From: Trichosphaerium sp. ATCC 40318
Lineage: Eukaryota > Protista > Tubulinea
Direction: 5' to 3'
Length of the DNA: 64,000 nt
NCBI GenBank assembly: GCA_038496445.1
Contig: JALMLS010000062.1
Location: 372,001 to 436,000 of the forward strand
Shown here: positions 53,913 through 64,000 of the stretch, piece by piece
Position numbering within the stretch: position 1 is the stretch's first letter
Layout: each line of letters begins with the position of its first letter
The notes under the pieces: generated by a model
What the model was told of the DNA's origin: nothing
Databases searched by the model: none
What the model saw: only the letters and a program-made list of their open reading frames with translations
Translations under genes and position numbers: made by a program

Positions 53913-55664
53913 TTCACCATTAAACAAACCAGTTCATCACTTTAACACTATCCAAATTTCGTATCACCAATACTGCTCACAATGCAAATAGGTTATAACG
54001 GTATGACTCATTATACCAATGCAAAACCTAGTAAAATAGCTTGAGCTGTACATAGATCTAACATTAGGCGGCTATTTTAAAGACATCATGCCATACCTTA
54101 GGTGATACTGCGCTCCTGATGCCAGCATCGCTTTTGAAACAGCATCCAAACTTTTGATGTTTGCGGGTTACTTTGAGGAGTTTTTACTTACTTCAGAAGC
54201 ATTGTAATCTTCTATTGATTAGTAAATTGTAGCTATGATGCTATAATTGTGGGTGCCAGATATTTGCTCTTATTCGTTCTTGTGGTAATGACAGCCAAGC
54301 CAATTTATTCAAAATAGTTTTTTTTCACATTTTGAGTTTTTAACCGGTCTGAAACTTTGCTGGCCTACCTGAAGACATACTATGGATTGGATATCCCCTA
54401 GAATGCTTTTAGCTTCAGTTTTATTAGCAGAGTTTGTATGCAGACGGGTTACAAATACCGACGAATCTCACCCAAAGCAACAGGCTGTCTTTTTAATAAA
54501 CCTTAGCTCTATCTATCTATCGTTTGTATCAGTGATTATGGTTTCGCTAGTATAGAGTTTATCATACTTTATCTTGCTTTAAACTTATAGCTCTTGTGTT
54601 GTTACCATGCGTACATTTTTATCACCGTTATAGTGAAAGCTTTTATTTTTTTTAAAAACAATGTTGTCCGTTCAAGATGAGAAATAAATGGCGTTAATAG
54701 TTTACTCTACACGCGAACCGGTGTCTATTTCTTCACCATAGAGACACTTTTGGCCCACAGCAACCTTTTGCGTCCTGTTTCACCGGTGTAATGTACTTGA
54801 AAATGACACTGATATTCACGTTAGATACATTGAATGAATTTAAACGGTAGTACCGATCACTTTACAATATCTTAAAGAGTCCCGCTCCCTGTGAATTTCT
54901 TTGCAGGCTAAGTACGAACGCGGAAATACTATCTAGCACCTTGAAAACCGAAGTGAAACGGCGTCGATCTTTCATAAACAATCACGTTTTTTTAAGGGGT
55001 TCCGGTAAAGTATGTGTGCACCCCATCTGCAACGCAATGCAATCTATATCGAATTTATTTTTTTTTTAGCTAAACAGAATGTGGAAAGCGAAGGTGAAAA
55101 AAAGACTGCACTTTTTTAAAAAGCTTTCATTGAACTGTAAAGTTTGACAAAGTTCGGCTTTCACGTGACACAGGGCGGTTATCAAAAGAGGCCAAAGGGG
55201 TGATAACGCAAAGCGACAGCGTTCTGAGAGTGGGAAATTTATAGGATGGTTCCCGGCTTCGGAAGAAGATTCTCAACCGCCAAACCGAACTACCCCTTCT
55301 TTGAACAAGAAACGCAATCTAAGAACCTCGTAAGAATGTTCAGCAACAGCAAAACCACTTTTCAATACCACTTCCACGCAGCTTATGAAAACAATGTGGA
55401 AGAGAAGTTCCGTTCAGAAACGAACACCGTTCACAAAACAATTTCAATGACAGACAAGTTAAGCGATTGAACTAAAACACAACAACTTAACAAGTCTTCC
55501 AATAAGTCTTTGTGACACCCTTTATAAGCAATATTATACAAATAACCGTAACTGATCGTAATACATCAATATGTGCTCTTTTAATACAAGTATGCTACAA
55601 TCACGTGCGTTTGGACATAAATATTTCCTCTAACAATTCAATTATTTTGCATCGCTGACAGACA

Positions 55665-56006
55665 TTGCTAGATTCTTTGTTTACACATCAAAGAAGAGAC
55701 TCAGTAACATGTTCGGCGTATGGAATTTGGTGTAGAGATAAAATACATACGATAAATAAATCAATACATACACAGCAATTAACACGACTGACAATACAAA
55801 CATTAACTGGATATACTTTAAATCTCGAGGTTGATCCTTCTTTAAAAGTGGCAGTATTGAAAGAACGTATATTTGACATGGAAGGCATACCTCCTGATGA
55901 GCAACGCCTTATCTTCGGGGGTAGACAACTTGAAGATGAGAGGACAATACAATCATACAAAATAAGAAACAGATCAACAATACATCTTGTTTGGCATCTC
56001 AGATGA
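55665..56006 (+). CDS. Ubiquitin/NEDD8-like domain lacking GG; probably the end of a decayed gene beginning ~55246
   Basis: [46 protein letters not shown]. Confidence 0.65.
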   Translation: MLDSLFTHQRRDSVTCSAYGIWCRDKIHTINKSIHTQQLTRLTIQTLTGYTLNLEVDPSLKVAVLKERIFDMEGIPPDEQRLIFGGRQLEDERTIQSYKIRNRSTIHLVWHLR

Positions 56007-56826
56007 GAAATAACAACCCAACCCCAAAAAGACTTTTTTTTTAACCGCGCAAAAAAAAACGATATAAATAAAGCAAAGCTGTAAACCCCTTTTTTAAAAC
56101 TTGTTCGTCAAATGTTCTTGTAATCTATTTTGCAACTTGCAATCAAAAAAAGTGTGAACAGGACCAAAAACAACAGCGAATACGCTTTATTTTATCGTTA
56201 TCTAAACAATTGGTTTTTTGCGTGGGTTCACGTGTTTTGTCAAACGCTTTTTCTGAAAACTTTTTCGGTTCAGACAACTCGCGTGCGATTTTCACGTGAA
56301 TCTTCAAGAGTACTCCTTCATTGGTTAGTTTACATGAAAGTTTAATGCATTGGTGATTCCCTTACAATGTACAACGTGTTTTCGTTTAAAACTTCGGGAC
56401 GCGGGGCATTTTTAGGATTTTTTGGGATATCGCCAGTAAATTAAACTCAGGCACAATCGTGAGCGCCTACAATCAAAGTTTTCAGTTGTTTAACACAGTT
56501 TTTGAAACTTTCCGTAGATTTCGTATTTTTGAGTACTTCTAGTTCACGTGGTTTGCGTAACGCTGTTTCTTTTTCATCAAAATAACTAAACTTTATGATA
56601 ATGTATACTGAAACGTGCGATAAGCAAATTTAAGGAAGAAGGAAGTTAACAAAGCGATTTCGGCTTCACATTGCTTTGAGCGGAAACGAACCAAGTACTT
56701 CGCTCACAGATCACCTTAAGATTACTTTCTAGGTTGTTAAAGTTGGTTGTAAAGCCTCATCCTTAATAATTGATGAACAATTTATCTAAAGTATAACCTT
56801 TTATTCACAGGGTTTAGGAGTCGTGT

Positions 56827-58437
56827 TTACAATATAGTAGAAACAACAGCGGCTATGACGCTTACAGTGAATACTACATTACTAGCGCTACTTGTTTGAA
56901 TGGTAGAACTTGGAGTAGTATCAGAAGGAGCGGTAGCAGTAGATGCACTAATGACACCAAGACTTGCTCCATTGTTGTTCAAGTTTCTTACAATGGTATC
57001 AACGGTGTTTTGATTCTCGTTTTGAAATCCAACGTCAATACGCGCAGTAACTTGTCTTTTAACGGTAATGCTACATCCACTGGTAGCACCAATACTGACA
57101 GGATTCGATGCAAATTGAGAAACGTATTCATAGATTTGAGCTCTGTTTTTGCAATCTTTGAGAAGCACTCTCACATCCACGGACACTGTAGCGCCACCAT
57201 TACTGGAGAATTCGTCGTCATGTGGAGCTCCGATAGGTTCACAATATCCAATACAGCTCGAGCAAGAGCTTAGACAGAACTCAGGACTACACTCTGTACC
57301 TACATAGAGTTAGAAATGCTGACCTTGTAGAGAAAGTTGTGATTGACTTGCCTGTACTGCATCCAGTTTCTGTGTTGTTTTGTATTTCGGAGCACTCTCC
57401 AGCAACAGTTTCGCGAGATACAGTGCATGGTTGACAAGGACACATGCCATGACATTGTCGTCTGACGTAATCGGCATCATCATCGTCGAATTCATTCAGG
57501 CAGTTTGCCTTTTTCCTCATACAACTAGTGAAAGAATTAGATAAATTGTACCGTAAATCTCAAAGGAAGTAAGGAAATAATCACATACTCATTCTTGTAG
57601 CTTGTTCCATCTGATCCACATACATAGGCTTCAAAAGTTTCTTTGCACATTATTTGAGTACAGTTCATTTTCATATCATCGTCATCATCATCGTCATCAT
57701 CGTCATCGTCATCATCGTCATCATCATATTTATCATCATCATCGCGAACACAATACCCGGCGATAACAGTAGAACAAGAGGCATCTGGACCTCCCTCGAA
57801 TTCCTAAAGACTTTAGAAAACTTCACAGAGCAACTAGCAAGTTATATTTCCATACCTCGCACTCGTATCCAGTGCTACAGTTTTGTAGGGATTGGAAAAT
57901 GTTTGGATCAACGGTGTCTCCATCACAAGGTTCGATGAAAGAACAAGATGTAGCGTTTGCATCACAAGGGCAAGTACCATTACAAGCGAGCGTTACTTTA
58001 TCGTCATCGTCATCTTCAAGGCAGTTTTCTCTTTGCAAAAAGCACCTGTTCGAAACAGTAAGTGAAGAGCTGTTGGAGTTGTTTGACGTACTTGTTTATG
58101 TATGTATCATCGTCTGAACCGCAAACAGGTCGTCTTTCTTGACTGCAAGTACCACATTGCTCTTCTTTTCTTATACGTTCTTCTAGCTCTTTTTTGAAAT
58201 CATCCAAGTCTTTGTCATCGTCGTAATCATCATCACATTGCACAATAACCTAGCAAAGGTTACAAAACAATCTCAGTTATCGCTATAAACGCTCCAATAA
58301 TTGAAGCAACCTCCATAGTTTTTAGGAAGAAGAGGGAGACAAGAACGTAAAAGAAGAGCAAAAACAATGTCAAAACTTACGGCAAAAGAAAACAGCAAGG
58401 CTGCAAGTACTACTGCAATTAATCTGGACGATACCAT
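56827..58437 (-). CDS. Asp-rich Kazal-domain surface protein, likely GPI-anchored
   Basis: Signal MVSRLIAVVLAALLFSFA; PVCGSDDDTYINK|C and PVCGSDGTSYKNE|C; Ser/Thr stalk and hydrophobic C-terminus. Confidence 0.8.
57672..57744 (-). repeat. (GAY)n coding microsatellite, poly-Asp
   Basis: tcatcgtcatcatcatcgtc... run. Confidence 0.85.
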
Positions 58438-59150
58438 TTGTCTTCTAACTCGTTGTTATCGGTGTTTGTTTGTTTATAATATGAAACTGACTGGGGGATT
58501 TTGGAGGATTTTGTAGGCAAAACTATTCAACTCCGTCTCAAACTTTTGTAGTTTTCAAAACAACTCAGCGTCTTTCATACTACCAACTAATCAATACTTA
58601 TCTCTCGTGATGTTGACGCATTTGTGGATATATCCTGAGGTCTCCGAGACTTGCATAGCACCGAGAACGTTCGTGACATTTTGTGCAACAATCTAAGCTG
58701 AGGCTGACTAGTCTGTACCTAATATACTGATTGTTGATAGTATTAGTACGGGTTGGATCACGTGACAGCTAGTGGAAGCAAAAACTACAAAAACTTCAAA
58801 TCGAGAGAAAAAGGGGAACGAAAAAACTACAAACGAACTTCTTCATTTCTGCCCGTCCGAGTTTACATACCTCTGATTTATTGCCAACAACGAATATACA
58901 ATGCCTCTCGTACTGATACTTCCCTTGGTCTCCCGAATAGGTTGTGTATTATCCACCAATGACCACGTTAGAAGAACAACCAGCAATACATTCTAAAACA
59001 CACCCAAACAACAGAAGGAAATCTCAGGCGCAGAACGTCAAAATAAGCTGTTTTGGGCTTTCTTTGAAAGTCCGAAAAGGCAGTTTGTGGCGGGTTGTAT
59101 TTACAAGTTGGAGTGCGCCGTACGTAAAGTGAAATAATAAAAAGATGTGC

Positions 59151-59396
59151 CTACGGTGATGAGCTCCTGGTTATGGCTGCATAGCAACTACATTCACCCC
59201 CTGATACATAGGCCAGGGGAGTGCGCGAAGCACTCAACCCTTGCATAGATGATATTGAACTTAGTGCTAAGAAGCTCACGCCACAAGACGCCTTCATTAC
59301 AAGCAAAGCGAGAAAGCGCGTCTCCACACAATATGCAGGGATGGTCTGACGCTTACCTCTAGTTCGTATCTTCAGGAAGGAAACTGAGTCCTTTTT
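59151..59396 (+). ncRNA. Candidate structured non-coding RNA with box C/D-like motifs
   Basis: GC-richer island; stems with G-U pairs on the + strand; GTGATGA at 59156, CTGA at 59346, TTTTT at 59392. Family not identified. Confidence 0.5.
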
Positions 59397-60079
59397 GTAG
59401 AACCGAGAAAAACTTGTAAATAAATTGTGGGAAAAGGAAAAGAACATTAATACATCAAAATACGCTTGTAATGTACCATATTGCTTTCAAAACAACGCTT
59501 TTCAGACCTGTTTTTTCGCTGGAAAGTGTTTTTAAAAGAGCAAATGTGACGTTTTGTGTAGTGCAGGGTATCATTGTACGCGCAGGTATTATGCGTACTA
59601 GTTGGTGTAATTTGACATCGGAAAAGTTTAGTTTGGTTCTGTTACACGGCAAGATACTCAGTAAGTACCAAAACCATCATTCCCACGCCTATGGCGCGTA
59701 TACAGAGTAATTGTGGGCGTTTTGTTAATAACGGAAGTAAAACGTATCGCAGGCAGTTCTGTCAAACTGTCGAGAGTACGTTGGCAGTTGTAGCTCGTAT
59801 TGTAGTACAAGAAACTAACTGCTGAAACAGAAAGTAGTCTGAACACTTTGTTGCGTTCCCTTGAGGTTCTACTTAGTACAGAGCGAAAAGAGGCAATACA
59901 AAAAATGCCTCTAATATTATTCACTACGAATTACGCTCCTGTTTACGTCATGTACTGTAGACAGACAAGCGTTTGTACGGTGAGTTTTTCTTGCATTCAT
60001 TGATTTTGGAAAAAGCGAAGTCCTGTTGTTCAAGTTTTTTCTGTTCTTGCAGAATTTAAAGCGACGATATCAAGATACA

Positions 60080-61204
60080 ATGGGTAGGGATATTAAGGTT
60101 ATGGTTGTAGGCGACACTGCGTACGTTTTAATCTACATCCATTATTTTCATTTCGTAGCGGCGTTAATACAACGCGCTACTCTGTTATGCATTGATGCAA
60201 GTTGCAAACTAAATATAACCCTCTTGTACAGGGTTGGTAAAACTTGCCTTCTTATCAGTTACACAACGAACTCCTTCCCTCAGGACCACATCCCTACAGT
60301 TTTCGATAATTAGTAAGTTTTTTTTTTGTTGTTTAGCGTTTATCCGGGGTCTAATTACGTTTTAGCAACGCACACGCTGTCGTTGATGGAGAACCAGTAA
60401 ACCTAGGGTTATGGGATACAGCAGGTGAGCCACCAGAAAAGATCTTTAAACTCAACGCAAAACACTAAAACAAATACACCAATTTTATAAAAAACGCAAT
60501 ACCTACCAAGCCAGCAATCTGTTTTTACTTTTTTTTGTTGGTTTGTCCGCTAACACCTGATGTAGGGTCCGACGAGTATGCACAACTGAGACCTTTAAGC
60601 TACCCAGGAACAGACGTCTTCCTCATCTGTTACTCTGTTATGTCAGCCGAAAGTGTCGCGAATGTAGAAAACAAAGTACGCAACCGCCAGTTCTTGCTTT
60701 AAAAGAGCATATTGCAGCTCCGTTTCGAGAAAGTCTAATAACAACTACTGTTTGCGTCAACAAATCCTAATTCGCCTGTAGTGGTTTCCTGAGGTCAGAG
60801 AAAAATCACCAAATGTACCAATCGTAGTTGTTGGAACAAAAGGTACCGTTAGAGCTGTGAAATACCTTTTTTTGGGTTTTGTCACTCTATTTTCTAACTT
60901 TATTGTAGCTGATCTTAGAGCTGAACCAGAAGATGGTGATAAGCCAGTTGATCCTGCAGAGGCTCAAGAGATGGCAAAGCGTATCGAGGCTGTATCTTGT
61001 ATTGAGTGCTCTGCCTTGACTCAAGATAACTTGGCTAGCGTATTTGAAGAGGCAGTACGCGCTGTAATTAGTCCTGAAGGTGAAGAAAACGCAGGAGATG
61101 AACCTAAAGCAAAGAAAGGCAAGAAAGATAAAAAGAAGGAGAAGAAGGAAAAGAAGGATAAAAAGAAGGACAAAAAGAAGGATAAAAAAAAGGATAAAAA
61201 GTAA
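60080..61204 (+). CDS. Rho-family (Rac-like) small GTPase, atypical
   Basis: VVGDTA|[30 protein letters not shown]|GSDEY..LRPLSYP, VGTK|ADLR, ECSALTQ; KKD/KKE tail, no CAAX. Confidence 0.92.
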
Positions 61205-61471
61205 GAAAAGAGCAAAACGTTTACAGTTTTGCTTTTTTAAAGAAAAAGTCCTTGAGATATACTATGGTAACTCGCATATAGTCATAATGGCTTGTAAATT
61301 AAAGCATACTATAGTATGCAAAATTATCACAAAGCGAGGTAAACATTTTCCTTGTAAGAAAAACAAAATAACTCAATAAAAAACCAAAAAAACATGAAAT
61401 TGGAGCGTTATGCGGTTTATTTTTTATTTGCGATTATGGTTTTTGTCCACAGTAAAATTCGAGTATCTAGT

Positions 61472-63670
61472 CTACAGACGGTGGATGCCAAAATTGAATC
61501 CTGGTTCCACTGTGCCAGAGTAGATTATTGAGTAACACATGCCCAGAATATCCCTAAGTTGGATTAGTTTGTTTGGTGTTCAGTGATAATGATTTGGTGA
61601 AATGTGATCGTACCTAGTGTGTCTTGGATCTATAATACCATCATCTAATACATTGGCGGTATAAAAGTACGGTGTTGATGTTTTGTCAACCTTTTTCTTA
61701 AACGTGTCTTGCATCTGTTTTGCAACTTCTTGGTTTATCTCAATACCAGCACGTTTTGCTGCAGCTTCTTGAATAATAGACATTACACCTACAAGTTGTT
61801 CACTTCCCATAACAGCTACACGAGCGTTTGGCCATGTGAAGAGGAATCTAGGTTTATAGGCACGTCCTATTTGTAAACTGTCAACCAAAGTCATTTTGTC
61901 AACTTTTTTTTTCTTTGGCGTACCACACATGGCATAGTGTCCTGCACCATAAGATGATCCAATAATAACAGATATCGCAGGTACAGTGGCATTTGAAACA
62001 GCGTTTATCATGTGAGCTCCTGCTTTAATGATACCACTTTCTTCATACTTTCTACCAACCTAAAAAACGAATCTAAGCAACAAAACAAAAAAGTGAAGAA
62101 AAAAATCATCAATGCGTACCATGAATCCTGTAATATTATGCAAATATAATAAAGGTATGCCACGTCTATCACATAGTTGAATAAACTGAGCACCTTTATT
62201 GGCACTTTCCTTGAAGAGGACCTAAAGAGGAAAACGACTTAACAAAAAATTCATTCGCACTTATTCGTTTTGAACGTACGCCATTGTTGGCAATAATGCC
62301 AACCAAAAAACCATGTATTCTTGCCCAACAAGTAATGAGCGTTTTTCCATAATTTTCTTTAAACTGAGAGAACCGTGATCCATCTACAAGCCTTGCAATG
62401 ACTTCTCTGATATCATATGGTTTTCTAGTATCAGCCATAGCAACACCAAGTAGTTCCTCTTTGTATGAAATCAGTATTTGATAAAAGAGCTAATAGTATA
62501 AATTTATACCTGTAGGGTATACAGGTGGATCTTCTGGCTTGAAATGACGTGTAGGTAAGGCTGTCTTTTTTTTGTAGTTTAGAGAAGCTACTATTTCTCT
62601 TGCAATGATTAAGGCATGTTCTTCGTCTTCGGCTAAGTAGTCGCTTACACCTGAGATCTTACTTTACAAAAAGTCAGCACAGAGGTCTTTTCCAACTAAA
62701 TGAGGGATTACCTGTGCATAGCTGCACCGCCCAAAGATTCTGCGTCTGTAACTTCACCAGTTGCCATCTTAACAAGTGGTGGGCCACCCAAGAAAACCTT
62801 TGCTTTATCCTTTACCATGACGACGTAATCAGACATACCAGGCGTGTAAGCACCACCAGCTACGCGCAAGAAGGTTAAGCCAATGCTAAAAAAATTTCTC
62901 AAGTACCTGTGCTACTTCCAAAGACAACAGCAATTGTTGGGATACCTTGTCTAGATTTGTTTGTGAGCGTTTTGAAAGCACCGCCGAAAGTATGAAAAAC
63001 CTAGAACGTGTTAAGATCTAACGTCTCAATGCGATATAGTTACCTTCTCTTGTTCCCTTAGATCAGCGCCTGCAGACTCTACAAGCATAATCAAAGGCAA
63101 GCGGTTTTCTTCCGAAATGACACTACATCTTGCGCCTTTGATACCAGTTGTTTCGTTAATAGATCCTCCTCTATGGGGCGTTAAACAGACAAAATCTACC
63201 GAAAAAGCACGAAAAGTTTTCTAATTGTAAAAGTAGGCAGTGAACGTACTTTATTGTTGGTACGTTAGCTGTAATGATGCACTCTACTCCCGAAACGAGA
63301 CCAATACCAATAACACTTGTAACTTTCTGTTTACCGTATCCAGCAAGAGGCATGAGCTCCAAGAAGGGCGAATCTTCGTCTAGAATCATTTCTAGTAGTC
63401 GTGTTAATTTGTTTTGGTAAAAAAACGTCTATTACCTATCCTATCGCGCGCAAGTAGTTTTCCACGTTTGACGTGACGTTTTTGGTGTTTTTCATGTCCT
63501 TGGTACAAACCGTGCTCTTGTAATCTGCCGTTGAGTTGGTCCACAAGGCTTGTCATCTCTTTATAGTTTTCTGCATAGTCTTGGGTGCTTTTGTTAACCT
63601 TCGTTTCCCATACAGCCCAATTATCATCAATAGTAAACTGTGGACCTGACCCTAGAGCTATGTTGGCCAT
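61472..63670 (-). CDS. Acyl-CoA carboxylase carboxyltransferase (beta) subunit, MCCC2/AtuC-like
   Basis: [72 protein letters not shown]. Confidence 0.92.
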
Positions 63671-63744
63671 GTGTACTTAGTAAATGCGGAAGTGAACTAA
63701 TGTGTTAAGCCAGTTTCCTTAGTCTATCCCTACTGTAGTACACG

Positions 63745-64000
63745 ATGGCGTTGTTACGTTCACTGGCTGCTAGACGTCAATGGGTGACTCAAGCACACCC
63801 TACAAATTACAAAAAACGTTGGATACAAAAATCGCGTACTAGTAGCGTAATTAGGCGTTATTGTAGCGATACTGAGCTTCCACTCATTTCAAGTATTGTA
63901 CGCTTGTTAATGAAGCCAATCACGTCGATAACCATACGTTAGGATGAATTAGCGCGTTTAGGGCTTGTGACACCAGGGTAGACGCAAACTAAACTCAACG
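63745..64000 (+). CDS. 5' end of a gene with a mitochondrial-presequence-like N-terminus (truncated by window)
   Basis: MALLRSLAARRQW.. Arg-rich and acid-poor; followed by short GT-AG introns; divergent from the carboxyltransferase. Confidence 0.45.

Noticed and set aside
58600-58710. Second possible C/D snoRNA (GTGATG...CTGA)
   Set aside because: Box C is imperfect and no rRNA-antisense element was recognised
59337-59510. RNase P RNA reading (GGGATGGTCTGA pairing with TTCAGACC at ~59501)
   Set aside because: Intervening DNA is AT-rich, poorly structured, contains a T5 run and lacks a convincing CR-IV; kept only as an alternative for cmscan
1-64000. Alternative genetic code or stop readthrough to explain the short ORFs
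   Set aside because: Conserved genes are restored by ordinary short introns and end in TAA, TAG and TGA

Overview
AT-rich (roughly 35% GC by eye), gene-dense eukaryotic nuclear DNA with many short (~40-150 nt) GT-AG introns, so the ORF track fragments most genes. Exon joins below were reconstructed by hand and gene ends are approximate. Gene content (Zn2Cys6 factor, Rac, 'YPxxxWLPWKF' repeat protein, PT-linker surface proteins, virus-like F-box/LRR genes) suggests a free-living protist, probably an amoebozoan (inference). Housekeeping genes: DDX49/DBP8, NR2C2AP, HP1-like, NCS-type EF-hand, two GSTs, acyl-CoA carboxyltransferase, tRNA-Asn. A dynamic region at ~17.5-36.8 kb holds two paralogous large surface receptors with a gene-converted tract, several pseudogenes, a mosaic inverted duplication that appears to have created a chimeric UBL/F-box/MORN gene, and a tRNA-derived SINE with a 14-bp target-site duplication. 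Most notable unexplained signals: a strong excess of the palindrome CACGTG across the window, a structured ~240-nt candidate ncRNA at 59.15-59.40 kb, and a Rac-like GTPase with G12T/Q61S and no CAAX.
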